Source: Cyanophyceae cyanobacterium
Lineage (GTDB): Bacteria; Cyanobacteriota; Cyanobacteriia; Cyanobacteriales; Laspinemataceae
Length of the DNA stretch: 64,000 nt
Assembly: GCA_038321985.1 (NCBI GenBank)
Contig: JBBQFN010000003.1
Span: forward strand, 96,001-160,000
Direction: 5' to 3'
Shown here piece after piece: positions 11,446-22,861 of this stretch. How positions within the stretch are numbered: position 1 is the first letter of the stretch; every line of letters begins with the position of its first letter. The notes below the pieces were generated by a model. It had not been told where the DNA came from and made no database searches. It saw only the letters and a list, made by a program, of their open reading frames with translations. Both the position numbers and the translations under genes were made by a program.

Positions 11446-12507
11446 ATGCATTTAGACCAACTGGGTTGGAATCCCTTTTTTGAGGAAAAGTTTGCACCGT
11501 ATCGGCAACAAGGTTATCAGCCAGGACGGGTGGCGATCGCCCATAAACATCTCTACGTCATTTACTCCGAAAACGGAGAATTTCTAGCGGACATTACCGG
11601 AAAAATGCGCTATCACGCCACGAGTGAAAACGATTTTCCGGCGGTAGGAGATTGGGTAGCGATGGGATTGCGCGATGGGGAAAATAAGGCGATTATTCAG
11701 GCTATTTTACCCCGCCAAACTAAATTTTCCCGTAAAGGGACGGGGGTAAAAACCCGAGAACAAATTGTTGCCACTAATATCGATACCGTCCTCTTAATGT
11801 CCGGATTAGACCGGGATTTTAACCTCCGGCGCATGGAACGTTATCTAATTTTAGCCTGGGAAAGCGGCGCAAAACCGGCGATTGTGTTGAATAAAGCGGA
11901 CTTGTGCGATCGTCTGGAAGACTACATCACTGAGGTTGAAGCCGTGGCGATGGGAGTGCCGATTATTCCCCTGAGTGCGATCGCTGGATTCGGGTTACAA
12001 GCATTAACTCCCTACCTGCAACCGGGAAACACCGTTGCCTTACTCGGGTCCTCCGGGGTTGGCAAATCCACCCTGACGAATCAATTACTGGGAACTGCCA
12101 CTCAAAAAGTGCAGGAAGTGCGCCAAACCGATAGTCGGGGACGGCATACCACCACCCATCGAGAATTGATGATGTTACCCTCCGGTGCCCTGCTAATTGA
12201 TACCCCAGGAATGCGGGAAATTCAAACTTGGAACAATCAAACGGGATTACCAGAAACCTTTGCGGATATCGAAAGTTTGGCGCAACAATGCCGATTTCGG
12301 GATTGTCAACATGACTCCGAACCGGGTTGTGCCATCCAGGAGGCGATCGCAGAGGAAACCTTGGATATTGAACGATTTTTCAGCTATCAAAAGCTGCAAA
12401 ATGAGCTAGAATATCTGGCCCGAAAACAGGACCAAAATGCTCAATTAGTAGAAAAGAAACGCTGGAAAAAGATTCATAAAGAACTCAGGAACTTGAGTAA
12501 GGGATAA
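11446..12507 (+). CDS. rsgA: Ribosome small subunit-dependent GTPase A
   Basis: Circularly permuted GTPase motifs [21 protein letters not shown]; Zn finger [15 protein letters not shown] 11446 after GAGGA. Confidence 0.95.
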   Translation: MHLDQLGWNPFFEEKFAPYRQQGYQPGRVAIAHKHLYVIYSENGEFLADITGKMRYHATSENDFPAVGDWVAMGLRDGENKAIIQAILPRQTKFSRKGTGVKTREQIVATNIDTVLLMSGLDRDFNLRRMERYLILAWESGAKPAIVLNKADLCDRLEDYITEVEAVAMGVPIIPLSAIAGFGLQALTPYLQPGNTVALLGSSGVGKSTLTNQLLGTATQKVQEVRQTDSRGRHTTTHRELMMLPSGALLIDTPGMREIQTWNNQTGLPETFADIESLAQQCRFRDCQHDSEPGCAIQEAIAEETLDIERFFSYQKLQNELEYLARKQDQNAQLVEKKRWKKIHKELRNLSKG

Positions 12508-12727
12508 AAAAAGACGATTACATTCTGATGTTCCAATTTTGAACAATTCGGAAGTGCGATCGCTTTTAATCATAAGGGCGTTATCTACACCCTTTTCGGG
12601 ACTTATCTAGATTTATAGGGGGGCATTATTTTATTCATTGCCCACCCTATTTTATTCTCTATTAAAGGTTACCGAAACCCACCCTAACCCCCCAGGCACA
12701 GGGGGGGGTGTTAGGGTGCTTTCTTAC

Positions 12728-13837
12728 TTAATCTGCACCCTCTTCTTCCACATACTCGACTTCGTAACCACTTCCATCTATGTCCTCATCATCATCACTA
12801 TTAGTAGAACGTCCTACAGAGTTTGCCGATACCACGGCACCCAGTTCTAACTGTTCTCGCACCTTCTTCTCGATTTCCTTCGTCGCTTCGAGATTTTCTT
12901 CCAGATACTTCAGGGAATTGTCCCGTCCTTGACCGATATTATCTCCGTTGTAGCTATACCAAGCGCCCTTACGGTTAATCACGCCGGTTTCTTCTGCCAG
13001 GTCGATTAAGCATCCCATATTAGAAATGCCCTTGCCGAACAAAATATCAAATTCCGCAATTCGGAATGGGGGCGCGACTTTATTCTTGGCAACCTTGACC
13101 TTAGCCCGGATTCCGTATTCTTCCGTGCCTTTTTTCAAGGTTTGAATCCGGCGGATATCCAAACGCACCGAGGCGTAGAATTTGAGCGCATTTCCCCCAG
13201 TGGTGGTTTCTGGGTTGCCGTAACCGCCAATTTTTTGCCGTAACTGGTTGAGGAAAATCACGGTACAGCCGGATTTACCAATGTTTCCGGTAATTTTCCG
13301 CAAGGCATGACTCATTAACCGCGCTTGTAACCCGATGGTGGGGTCGCCCATTTGTCCCTCGATTTCTGCCCGAGGGACCAGGGCCGCTACCGAGTCAATC
13401 ACCACTAGGTCCACTGCTGCCGATCGCACTAACTGATCCGCAATTTCTAGGGCCATTTCCCCCGTATCCGGTTGAGACACCAGTAAATTTTCGATATCAA
13501 CCCCCACCTTCGCCGCATAACTGGGGTCGAGGGCGTGTTCCGCATCCACAAAAGCAGCTAGTCCCCCAGCTTTTTGAACTTCTGCAAGCGCGTGGAGTGC
13601 CAGGGTGGTTTTACCGGCACTTTCTGGTCCGTAAATTTCAATGACGCGGCCTTTTGGCAAACCGCCACCCAGGGCTAAATCGAGAGTAAGCGCCCCGGAT
13701 GGAATCGTTTCGACTCTCATCTTGGTGGCATCACCCAGGCGCATAATCGCCCCTTTGCCAAAGCTGCGCTCAATTTGGGCCAGCACGACTTTTAGGGCCT
13801 TGTCTTTTTCAGAATTCGCTGTGCTTGCTGTAGCCAT
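12728..13837 (-). CDS. recA: Recombinase RecA
   Basis: GPESAGKTT Walker [15 protein letters not shown] signature. Confidence 0.99.
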   Translation of the reverse strand: MATASTANSEKDKALKVVLAQIERSFGKGAIMRLGDATKMRVETIPSGALTLDLALGGGLPKGRVIEIYGPESAGKTTLALHALAEVQKAGGLAAFVDAEHALDPSYAAKVGVDIENLLVSQPDTGEMALEIADQLVRSAAVDLVVIDSVAALVPRAEIEGQMGDPTIGLQARLMSHALRKITGNIGKSGCTVIFLNQLRQKIGGYGNPETTTGGNALKFYASVRLDIRRIQTLKKGTEEYGIRAKVKVAKNKVAPPFRIAEFDILFGKGISNMGCLIDLAEETGVINRKGAWYSYNGDNIGQGRDNSLKYLEENLEATKEIEKKVREQLELGAVVSANSVGRSTNSDDDEDIDGSGYEVEYVEEEGAD

Positions 13838-14048
13838 TATCTTAATTTGGGACTTGCAGATTGGGTATGTTGACTATCTATTCTACATTACTTCAGCTTG
13901 GGCTGTGGGGGGGGCATGAAAGGTTAAAATTGTTTTAAAAATGCAGTGGCATCACCTCCGGGTGACTGCCAAGCTAGAAAAACTAGGAAAGTCTTGCTGA
14001 TTATAGCTTTTATTGGTTAGTCCCTGCTCAAACCCCTGAGAATTGTTC

Positions 14049-15281
14049 ATGAATGAGTCGAACGTTTATCAAATGCTGACGGATACGGCCCTATCGGTGG
14101 CTGGATTGACAGCCTACATCCAAGAATTGTTGGAGTTAGATACCCAACTGCGGCAAGTCTGGGTGATGGGGGAGGTTTCCAGCGCAAACCGTCATCGCAG
14201 TGGGCTGTTTTTCACGTTGCAGGAACCGGACGGGAGTGCAGCGATTCGCTGTGTGGTTTGGAGTTCTCAGTTGGAAAAATTGGTGCAGATGCCTTCAAGG
14301 GGGGAGCAAATTTTAGTGTTGGGAAGCATTCGGATGTATCCGAAGCGGGGGGAGTATCAGCTAACGGTGTGGCAGGGGTTTCCGGCAGGGGAAGGATTGC
14401 AGGCCCTGCGATACCGACAGTTGCGATCGCGCTTGGAAGCAGAAGGATTATTTGATGCAGATAGGAAGCGCCCTCTACCGGCTCATCCGCAGACTGTGGC
14501 GGTGGTGACTTCCCCCCAGGCGGCAGCATGGGGCGATATTCAGCGCACTCTCAACCAGCGTTATCCCGGATTGCGGGTGTTGCTGTCTCCAGCAACGGTA
14601 CAGGGGGAACAGGCCCCCAGTTCCATTGAGGCGGCGATCGCCCGGGTGGAGGCAGACAATCGCGCTGAGGTGTTAATTTTGGCCCGGGGTGGGGGTGCTT
14701 CGGAGGATTTGGCTTGTTTTAATGATGAACGAGTGGTGAGGGCGATTTCCCAATGTTCGATTCCGGTGATTACGGGAATTGGACATGAACGGGATGAATC
14801 TCTGGCCGATTTAGTGGCGGATGTTTGCACTCACACGCCAACGGCTGCGGCTAAAGTGGCGGTTCCCGAGTTGGTGAGTTTGTATCGGGAGCATCGGTAC
14901 CGCGTGGAACGGGTAAAAGCGGCGATGGGAGAGCAGATTACCGTAGAAGCAGAAGCGATTAATCATTTGCGATCGCGTTTGTATCGGTTACCGTTAGAAC
15001 GACAACTCAAACAAGACCGACAATCCCTGCAATGGCTGCAAAAAAGGCTGGTACAGGCGACTTTGCAGCAGGGGGACCGGGCACAGCAGCATTGTGAGTT
15101 GTTAAGGCAAAAGTTAGGAACCTTGGACCCGCAAAAGGTGTTACAACGGGGGTATGCGGTGTTGAAAAAAGAAAATGGGGCGATCGCTCGCAGTAGCACA
15201 GAGTTAGCACCGGGTGACGAGGCGATCGTGCAATTGGCCCAAGGTCAAGTTAAGGTGCAAGTTACTGAGATTTTAGAATAA
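14049..15281 (+). CDS. xseA: Exodeoxyribonuclease VII large subunit
   Basis: N-terminal OB fold (VWVMGEVS), RGGG..EDL..FNDE, GIGHE.D motifs; exact start uncertain. Confidence 0.95.
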   Translation: MNESNVYQMLTDTALSVAGLTAYIQELLELDTQLRQVWVMGEVSSANRHRSGLFFTLQEPDGSAAIRCVVWSSQLEKLVQMPSRGEQILVLGSIRMYPKRGEYQLTVWQGFPAGEGLQALRYRQLRSRLEAEGLFDADRKRPLPAHPQTVAVVTSPQAAAWGDIQRTLNQRYPGLRVLLSPATVQGEQAPSSIEAAIARVEADNRAEVLILARGGGASEDLACFNDERVVRAISQCSIPVITGIGHERDESLADLVADVCTHTPTAAAKVAVPELVSLYREHRYRVERVKAAMGEQITVEAEAINHLRSRLYRLPLERQLKQDRQSLQWLQKRLVQATLQQGDRAQQHCELLRQKLGTLDPQKVLQRGYAVLKKENGAIARSSTELAPGDEAIVQLAQGQVKVQVTEILE

Positions 15282-15288
15282 TGTTCTA

Positions 15289-16668
15289 TTGAGTATCCAA
15301 TTTATGTTAAAACTAATCCCAACAAAAGCAAAATTCAGAAAAACTGTGTATCTATGGGGGTTCCTCTTGGGGAGTGCACTGGTGGCAGCCGGTTCCCCAA
15401 GTTCCGCACAAGAAGAGATGCCGATGCCCCAGTCTTCACCCGCAACTGAAGAGAGTTCCTCCAGTCTGACTGAACCCTTTTTTGCCGATGTAATTGTCCA
15501 AGGAAGACCAATTTTTCAAGTCGGCAGTGCGGGAAATATGACAGCGCGAGAACGATCACAGATTATCAACCGACGGATGTCTAGTCTAGTGAGTCAAGGG
15601 GAAACGGTAGACTCGATCAGCGTTCAATATAATCCAACGGAAAATTATGCAACGTTGCAAGCCAACAACCGAGTGATTATGACGGTGATCCCGCAGGATG
15701 CAGAGGACTTTGGGGTTGAAAATACTCAAATTTTAGCGAATCAGTGGGCGGAGGAATTAAATAGAGCGTTGGATCGCCCGGGACTGGCGATCGACGTCGC
15801 CCAGCGTCTCAATGCCACTGTGCGGAATTTAATTCGAGATGCGATTGGTAACTTACCGTCCTTGGTGGGAGCGTTAATTGTGATTTTGTTGACTTGGGGG
15901 GTAGCAATCTTTGTGCGTCGGCTTGCTTATACTTGGGCTCAAAAAACAGAAGGTGATCACAGTACAGAACTTTTGATTTCCCGCTTAGTTTATGGGGTGA
16001 TTTGGGTCATGGGTTGGATAATTGCCTTGGGGGTTTTAGGACTAGATTTTGCAGCTTTACTCGGAGCCCTAGGACTGACGAGCGTGGCGATCGGTTTTAG
16101 CCTCAAAGATGTTTTAAGTAACTACATTGCCGGAGTGATTTTACTAGCAGTTCGTCCTTTCCGCATCGGTGACCAGATTGCGATCGCCGACTACGAAGGA
16201 ACCGTTACCGAAGTTCAACTTCGGGCAACCACCATAAAAACTTATGATGGACGCCTCGTTTATATCCCTAATCAAGAAGTATTTTCTTCAAGCATTACTA
16301 ACAATACAGCTTCACCCCGCCGACGCACTTCAGTCATGGTAGGGATTGATTATGAGGCAGATATCAACGAGGCCCGAACAGTGATTTTAAAAGCTCTAAA
16401 TGACCTTGATTTGGTAGAACCAAGTCCGGGGCCAGAGGTTCTAGTTCAGGAATTGGCTGCCAGTACGATTAATTTAGAAATTCGCTTTTGGGTGGATTCC
16501 CGGCGAGCCGAGTTTTTGGATATGACCTCTCAGGGCGCTCAAAGGATTAAAGAGGCATTGGCAGCAGCAAATATAGAAATGCCTACAGAAATTTATACCC
16601 TTACTTTTCGTAATTTACCGCCCTCACTTTCATCCAACTCTTTTAATCCCCCCCAACAGTCTCAATAG
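15289..16668 (+). CDS. MscS-family mechanosensitive channel with N-terminal periplasmic domain
   Basis: Three TM helices; GFSLKD.LSN..AG, RPFRIGD.I, IPN motifs; start uncertain. Confidence 0.9.
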   Translation: MSIQFMLKLIPTKAKFRKTVYLWGFLLGSALVAAGSPSSAQEEMPMPQSSPATEESSSSLTEPFFADVIVQGRPIFQVGSAGNMTARERSQIINRRMSSLVSQGETVDSISVQYNPTENYATLQANNRVIMTVIPQDAEDFGVENTQILANQWAEELNRALDRPGLAIDVAQRLNATVRNLIRDAIGNLPSLVGALIVILLTWGVAIFVRRLAYTWAQKTEGDHSTELLISRLVYGVIWVMGWIIALGVLGLDFAALLGALGLTSVAIGFSLKDVLSNYIAGVILLAVRPFRIGDQIAIADYEGTVTEVQLRATTIKTYDGRLVYIPNQEVFSSSITNNTASPRRRTSVMVGIDYEADINEARTVILKALNDLDLVEPSPGPEVLVQELAASTINLEIRFWVDSRRAEFLDMTSQGAQRIKEALAAANIEMPTEIYTLTFRNLPPSLSSNSFNPPQQSQ

Positions 16669-16856
16669 GGCTAACGCAGTCTAAAAAAAGACTTGTAGCT
16701 GATGGAGTTAGGGTGATATTCCCCAAAGGGAGAGGGAAAGATATTATCTAGGAGAAAGTTGGAGTGAGAGGGAGCTAATCCCTATCCGAGGGCTGATTTA
16801 AGCCTGATAGTTTGGTGCTATAACTAAAGCATAATAAGATTACAGTTTTTACTAGA

Positions 16857-17525
16857 TTGGGAGATAAAGTCGTGAGAAAATTTACTCAACGGAGCTTACC
16901 GGCAACCTTTGTTAGTGTATTGGCGATCGCGGGAGGGTTACTAACGGGAATAGTAGAACCAATTGCCGCCTCCACTTCCTCCTGGCAACAGGCACAGGCA
17001 GAGGCAACTCAGAGTTTCTGCCGTCGCACCCTCACCCCCTCGGGTTTGATTATCCGTCAAGGACCGAGTGCAGGTACTCCCCAGGTTGGCTTTGTTCCTT
17101 TCAATCAACAAGTGACCCTTGTCCAAGGATTTCAAGGCATCCAAGGGCCCGATGGCCGCCAGTGGGTAGAAATTGCTGCACCTGTGCGTGGATATGTATC
17201 CAATGGATATGCCGCCACCAGCAATTTGGGCTATTGTATCGAACAAGTGGGAACGACTCCCGTACCAAGTACCGGACCTACCCCGGTTAATTTGTGCCGA
17301 GAAGTGAATCGCGATCGCGCACCCCGAGGTTTAGCCATTCGCGAAAATCCGTCCCGCCTTTCTGCTTATAAAGGGGGAGTGGATGGTGGCGGGCGGGTTA
17401 CTTTAGTCGAAAATTATAAACTGGTCCGAGATATCAATGGGGAACCCCGAGATTGGGTTCAGATTACTTTTCCTATTAATGGCTATATTTCCGCTGACAG
17501 TTTAACACTCTGTCCCCCAGGTTAA
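16857..17525 (+). CDS. Secreted protein with two SH3b-like domains
   Basis: Signal-like N terminus; two repeats C....GL.IR..PS....G.V......V.LV....W..I..P..GY.S..C. Confidence 0.65.
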   Translation: MGDKVVRKFTQRSLPATFVSVLAIAGGLLTGIVEPIAASTSSWQQAQAEATQSFCRRTLTPSGLIIRQGPSAGTPQVGFVPFNQQVTLVQGFQGIQGPDGRQWVEIAAPVRGYVSNGYAATSNLGYCIEQVGTTPVPSTGPTPVNLCREVNRDRAPRGLAIRENPSRLSAYKGGVDGGGRVTLVENYKLVRDINGEPRDWVQITFPINGYISADSLTLCPPG

Positions 17526-17717
17526 GTGGATTTAATTGGGATAAATATAGCGTTTCCTGTGCCTCCTGAGTCCAGGATAACGCTATATTAAAAAAATTAA
17601 TATCACTTTGAAGGTACAAAATTAATCAATTTCAAATTTATATTTAAAAACTTTTACCCCAATATTTATCAAAGGTTTTTGCGAAATTCCTAACCCTCTT
17701 TACAACCTCAAGCTATC

Positions 17718-18905
17718 CTACTCCGATGCTAACCCAGTCAGCCATTGATCCGCTTCTTTATACTTCTGGAACTTCTGCTCATCTTGGCGAAATTCTGGGG
17801 TATGTACCTTTAACCGCCCGTTCACCCATTTTCCTTCGTGCTGTTTGTGTAACAACTCATGATACAAAACGAATTCCACCACATATTGCGGAACTCGATC
17901 GCTATCTAAGCTAATACTCAACACTACGCGATCGCGCCAGCGTTCGTAATGGCCGAATTTGCGCTTAGTAAAAGCTCTATTCCAGGTTAAGCGCGGTTTG
18001 ACCATTTTTCCGCCAAAATATTCTCGATTGATATTTTGAAATAAGGTGTCTAGGTTGTAGTATTTCCCTTGCGGATTCTCCGCTTTTGTATCCGCCATCA
18101 AATCTAGTTCTAACACTACTTCGCTGTATTCTTCGGACAGGGCGTACTCTTTAATCGCTTGACTATCTTCTTGATTTCTACCGAGAAATACTAAGCGAAC
18201 TAGGGCGGCTAAAATTTCATCGTTGGCATTGACAAAGGCTTCGTTGATCTGGGCAGTTGCCTCTAATGGGCCGATTGTTCCCTTGTACAAATGGCTAATA
18301 TGTGTAAATTCGACGGCTATTGTACTGCAGGGATGCTGCATCTGAGTCCACAGTATTTTTTCCGCTATTTTCTGGGCGCGTCCTGTAGCATTGAGGTGTC
18401 GTTCTAAATTTGATTCATCAGTTAGAAATTTCATCCAAGCATAGGTGTGCCTGGAGGTTTTAGTTAATTGGGCGGGGGTGCTATTTTGCTGGGTGCAGAT
18501 TCCCTCAATTTTGGCAACGGTCTCTTTAATACTCTTGACAAGATGCGTTTTTGGTGATTTTTCTTTTTGAGGATTGGCGACAATGGCGGCGATCGCCCCT
18601 AAAAAGTTTTGTTGTTGAGTCCGAATATTTTTGACCCGAATCGGTTCTACCGCAACTCGGGGACTATTTTGGGAGGCAACTGGCAAGTTCGATAAGTCAA
18701 TTTCTACCAGGAATTCATATGCTTTGCGGGAAGGGGTGGGGAGTTGCGAGGGTCTGACGTTGGCGTTGGCACAGATTTGGTCAATGTCGGCGAGGGTTCG
18801 TTGGATGAATTCTTGAAAACTGCCTAAGCGACTAGGAGGGACTCCCGTCTGTAATTGACTTCTAGCGATTTGCGCTGCTTTGACAATTCCCTGAATCCGA
18901 ATCAT
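17718..18905 (-). CDS. SprT/M48-like zinc metallopeptidase domain protein
   Basis: C-terminal INREYF..LTW..FGHY..FVLYHELLH..H..EF; ATG 18905 after GAGGAGG. Confidence 0.75.
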   Translation of the reverse strand: MIRIQGIVKAAQIARSQLQTGVPPSRLGSFQEFIQRTLADIDQICANANVRPSQLPTPSRKAYEFLVEIDLSNLPVASQNSPRVAVEPIRVKNIRTQQQNFLGAIAAIVANPQKEKSPKTHLVKSIKETVAKIEGICTQQNSTPAQLTKTSRHTYAWMKFLTDESNLERHLNATGRAQKIAEKILWTQMQHPCSTIAVEFTHISHLYKGTIGPLEATAQINEAFVNANDEILAALVRLVFLGRNQEDSQAIKEYALSEEYSEVVLELDLMADTKAENPQGKYYNLDTLFQNINREYFGGKMVKPRLTWNRAFTKRKFGHYERWRDRVVLSISLDSDRVPQYVVEFVLYHELLHKQHEGKWVNGRLKVHTPEFRQDEQKFQKYKEADQWLTGLASE

Positions 18906-19291
18906 GGCGTTTCCTCCTCGGGCGATCGCCCTGCTGATTCCTGACTGAGGGTAACAGCAAAGTGATGACTCTGGCAAATTCTGAACCGACCCGATCGCGA
19001 TCCCCAAAGAATTAACCTAGGGATGGGGATCACATTTTTAGAGTCTCCTTCAGGATTGCTAATTAATAATTACTAATAAAAAATATCCCAATTTCTGGGG
19101 GAGGTAGAAAATCTTTGTTATTCTAACCGGGAAACCCTTATTAGGCAAGAGCTTTCAGAGGTATTTTTTCAATTCTTAACATAATATTAAGATTGATCCC
19201 CAAAAAAGTAACAAACGGTTAATATCAAAGAGAGGGTTGCACTAAGCGCAGCCCAGTACGGTAGTGATTATTAAAAGAGGTTCGATAAACA

Positions 19292-19555
19292 ATGGCTCAA
19301 CTCCAAGCTCCCCAAACAGCTATAGATAGCGAGAATGATCTCTTTTGTTGCTATGTGAACATTACCAGCAAAATTCAGATTATCCGAATCTGCAATATTG
19401 CCAATTGGTATTTTGAACGGGTGATGTTTCCAGGACAACGGCTGCTGTTTAAGGCACCTCAGCAGTCCTTGCTAGAAGTGCATACAGGAGGAACGGCGGG
19501 TGCGATTCTCTCGGATACGATTCCTTGCGATCGCCTTGTCTGCGATGAAGAGTAA
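19292..19555 (+). CDS. DUF1830 family protein
   Basis: CCYVN.TSKIQI.RI.NI.NWYFERV.FPGQRLLF.AP motif. Confidence 0.85.
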   Translation: MAQLQAPQTAIDSENDLFCCYVNITSKIQIIRICNIANWYFERVMFPGQRLLFKAPQQSLLEVHTGGTAGAILSDTIPCDRLVCDEE

Positions 19556-19789
19556 CAGGTATTGCTTGCCATTTAAAAAAAAATGCAGGACTGACAACCT
19601 GAGCGACAAAATATCCATCAACACAATGAGTTCATTGATAAAAGATGTCGAATTTAAAACCTGAAATATTGGCAGATGAAAGGAGTTAAATCTTGACTCC
19701 CAAACTTATGACCACAGATAGCACCAAATTTCACAGATAAATCTGTAAAAATAAGTGTAATCTGTGGTTTAACATTTTTAAATGAACTT

Positions 19790-20557
19790 GTGATGAATGA
19801 ACTTCGCGCCTTAATTTTCGATGTAGATGGCACCCTAGCTGAAACCGAACGGGATGCTCATCGTCCAGCCTTCAACTGTGCATTTTTCGATGCGGGACTA
19901 GATTGGCAGTGGTCCCCCGACTTTTATGGAGAATTGCTAGAAATTGGGGGAGGGAAGGAACGAATCCGGCATTATGTGGAAAAGTATCAGGCCGATTTTC
20001 CAGTCCCTAATCAGGATTTAGAGCGGTTTGTTTTGGAGTTGCATGAGGTTAAAAATAAGTATTTTGGTCAGTTGGTGGTGGATAATATCCCCTTGCGCTC
20101 GGGGGTAAGGCGATTGATGGAGGAAGCGAAACAAGAGGGAATTCGTCTGGCGATCGCCACGACTTCTGATCCCCATAATGTAGAAGCGTTATTAAAAAGT
20201 GCCATCGCAGCGGATGGTCCTAGCTGGTTTGAAGTGATTGCGGCAGGGGATATGGCTGCGGTTAAAAAGCCAGAACCCGATATCTATGAATATGCACTCA
20301 AGGCATTAAATTTAAAACCCGAGGATTGTTTGGCGATCGAAGATTCTAATCAAGGACTGTTAGCGGCTCAAGGTGCGGGTATAAAAACAGTGATTACGGT
20401 TAATAATTATACCCGGCATCAGGATTTCTCCAGTGCAGAATTGGTCATCGATTCCCTGGGAGAAGCGGATGCACCCTTTACGGTGTTATCTGGAGATGTA
20501 GGTGAGGCGACTTATTTTGATCTGGCATTGGCGCGACAGTTACATCACAGGGGGTAA
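19790..20557 (+). CDS. cbbY: CbbY-like HAD hydrolase
   Basis: FDVDGTLAETERD.HR.AFN, GGGKER, KKPEPDIY, IEDS motifs. Confidence 0.88.
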   Translation: MMNELRALIFDVDGTLAETERDAHRPAFNCAFFDAGLDWQWSPDFYGELLEIGGGKERIRHYVEKYQADFPVPNQDLERFVLELHEVKNKYFGQLVVDNIPLRSGVRRLMEEAKQEGIRLAIATTSDPHNVEALLKSAIAADGPSWFEVIAAGDMAAVKKPEPDIYEYALKALNLKPEDCLAIEDSNQGLLAAQGAGIKTVITVNNYTRHQDFSSAELVIDSLGEADAPFTVLSGDVGEATYFDLALARQLHHRG

Positions 20558-20663
20558 GCTGTTCGTTTTATTGAAACCAATTGCAGTTGGGGACGGCTGA
20601 AGTCGTGATACCGAACAATTGGAACGACTGTAGGGGCGATTCTCCCATCGCCCCCAAAATGGG

Positions 20664-21635
20664 TTATAGGGGATCGATTTGGCGGGCGCTTTCGGGTAGG
20701 TTAGCTTCTCGTTGTCCTTGCGATCGCGCTCTCACACAGATTAATCCGATGGGTGTGCCTAGGATATCAGCTAGGGTGGCTTTTTTGGCGACTGCTTTTA
20801 AGGTAGTCAAGGGTAACTCTTTTAATACCCAGCGAGTTAAGCGATAGATATACTCCTGTTTGTTAAACTCTTTCATCAAATCAACGCCGTGGAGTTCGTG
20901 CAAGTAGCGATTTGATTTACCGTATCTGCGCCATTGACTTTGTAATTCTTTGAGGGTTGATCGATGTCGATGTTTGACGAGTGCAGTAGGGGCAAATTCT
21001 AAGGTCCACTTGGTTTTTCTAAGGATTCGCCAACAGATATCGGCATCCCCTCCCGTCGTCAGGTAACTGCGGAATAATCCGACTTCTGCAAAGATGGACC
21101 GGCGAATGCCTAAATTGGCGGTTTGTCCGTAGGGACAAAAGGGATGGGATAAGGTATGTTTTTGGGATAGGGTTTCTTCCCGTTGTGCGTGTTGTTCTAG
21201 GAGACTATTTCCGGGTAAAGCGGCGATTTCTCCGACGACAATCCCAATATTTTCTTGGACAAATGGCTGAATTAATGATAATAACCAGTTAGGTTCGGGC
21301 CGACAATCGGCATCGGTAAAGGCAATGAATTCGCCGGTTGCGGCCCGGATGCCGGTGTTGCGTGCGGCGTAGGAACTTTGGATTTGAGATTCGCTGAGGG
21401 GACGAAGGGTGATTTCTGGAGCGGTTTGAGTGCTGTTTTGGAGAAGGGCCCGGGTGCGATCGCTACTCTTGTTATCAACCAGGATATATTCTACTTTGTC
21501 CGGGGGATAGGTTTGCGATCGCAGGCAGTCTATTAATTCCGGTAAATCATTTTCGCCATTATAAACCGGCACGACGACTGATACCTGGGGTAAAAATAGT
21601 TGAGGCATCGGTTGGGGTGTGGGGTCAGGGTTCAT
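20664..21635 (-). CDS. Glycosyltransferase family 2
   Basis: VSVVVPVYN, VDNKSSD, ARN.G, FTDADC motifs. Confidence 0.9.
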   Translation of the reverse strand: MNPDPTPQPMPQLFLPQVSVVVPVYNGENDLPELIDCLRSQTYPPDKVEYILVDNKSSDRTRALLQNSTQTAPEITLRPLSESQIQSSYAARNTGIRAATGEFIAFTDADCRPEPNWLLSLIQPFVQENIGIVVGEIAALPGNSLLEQHAQREETLSQKHTLSHPFCPYGQTANLGIRRSIFAEVGLFRSYLTTGGDADICWRILRKTKWTLEFAPTALVKHRHRSTLKELQSQWRRYGKSNRYLHELHGVDLMKEFNKQEYIYRLTRWVLKELPLTTLKAVAKKATLADILGTPIGLICVRARSQGQREANLPESARQIDPL

Positions 21636-21742
21636 AGGGATTTATAAAAGAGTTATTTTAAGCTGTATTCAATGCTAAGGGCGCACTATAGTGTATAGTG
21701 CGCCCTTAGAAGTTAGCGATCGCCTAGAACTGTAAACACTAT

Positions 21743-22861
21743 TTAACCGAATGTCAGACCCAGGATAGCCAGAACTCCGCAAATCACATAAAATGCAGCG
21801 ACAATTTGCAATTCTGACCACCCACTCAGTTCTAAATGATGGTGGATCGGAGCCATTTTAAAGAGGCGTTTGCCAATGCCATCGGGTCCTTTAGTCGCTT
21901 TATAATAAAGCACTTGGACGATAACCGAGAGAGATTCAACAAAAAACAGTCCACTGATTATAAATAAAGCCCAAAGACTATCGCTAGTCAGGGCAACCGC
22001 AGCTAAGGCCCCGCCCAAGGCGAGAGACCCGGTATCCCCCATAAAGACCCGCGCTGGGTTGCGATTGTAGGCAACGAAGCCGAGGCAACTACCACTAATG
22101 CAGGCACAGAAAATCCCTAAATTCGGATGGGTAGAGGCGACTAATGCACCTAATCCTAGAAAGGCGACTGCCCCAGTTCCCCCCATCAATCCATCGACTC
22201 CATCGGTTAAATTCGTCGCATTACTTTCTGCAACCAGGACGAATTCTGCCAGGATCCAAAAGAATAATCCTAAAGGTAAGACGATGCCAAAGGGGAGAGT
22301 AATATTAGTAATAGTCTGGGGTTCAGTTAAAGCTAATCCCAGGCAAAATAAGGCTCCGAAACCGACTTGTAAGGCCAGTTTCATTTTTGGAGAAATACCT
22401 TTATTAGACTTGCGGCGCAGAATTTGCCAGTCATCCAACCAGCCAATGAAACCATAACTTAGGGTGAGGGCGATCGCCTGGGTTGCCTCCGGTGCAAAAC
22501 CTGACCAAATCAGTGCCACCAGGGTTGCTACGGGAATAAAAAACACCCCGCCCATTGTCGGAGTGCCTGCTTTTTTTAAATGACTTTGAGGACCATCCTC
22601 TCGAATCACTTGTCCCGTTTTAAGTCGTTGCAGTGCGGGAACCGCCCAGTATCCCACGGCAACCGTTGTTAAGGCACAGGCGAACAAGGGTAGGGTCAAG
22701 GTTTCACCCAGATTAGCAACTCTCCCACTCACCCCATCTAGGATAAGGGATGCCCCAGTCACGGCAAAGGTTAAGAGCCAAAATAAACGAGTTCCTGACA
22801 GGTTCAACGACTGAACCGATCCCAATTTTGCGTCCACTGATTTAATATCCTCACTCCACAC
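21743..22861 (-). CDS. mraY: Phospho-N-acetylmuramoyl-pentapeptide transferase
   Basis: KKAGTPTMGG, NATNLTDGVDGL, FMGDTGSLALG, MAPIHHHLEL; start uncertain. Confidence 0.97.
   Translation of the reverse strand: MWSEDIKSVDAKLGSVQSLNLSGTRLFWLLTFAVTGASLILDGVSGRVANLGETLTLPLFACALTTVAVGYWAVPALQRLKTGQVIREDGPQSHLKKAGTPTMGGVFFIPVATLVALIWSGFAPEATQAIALTLSYGFIGWLDDWQILRRKSNKGISPKMKLALQVGFGALFCLGLALTEPQTITNITLPFGIVLPLGLFFWILAEFVLVAESNATNLTDGVDGLMGGTGAVAFLGLGALVASTHPNLGIFCACISGSCLGFVAYNRNPARVFMGDTGSLALGGALAAVALTSDSLWALFIISGLFFVESLSVIVQVLYYKATKGPDGIGKRLFKMAPIHHHLELSGWSELQIVAAFYVICGVLAILGLTFG

Noticed and set aside
13866..13890. LexA box upstream of recA (TTGACTATCTATTCTA)
   Set aside because: Only a weak match to the cyanobacterial consensus
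2590..21708. Short perfect intergenic palindromes near 2590, 7182, 17545, 20632 and 21675
   Set aside because: Ordinary terminators or REP-like elements common in filamentous cyanobacteria; no array structure
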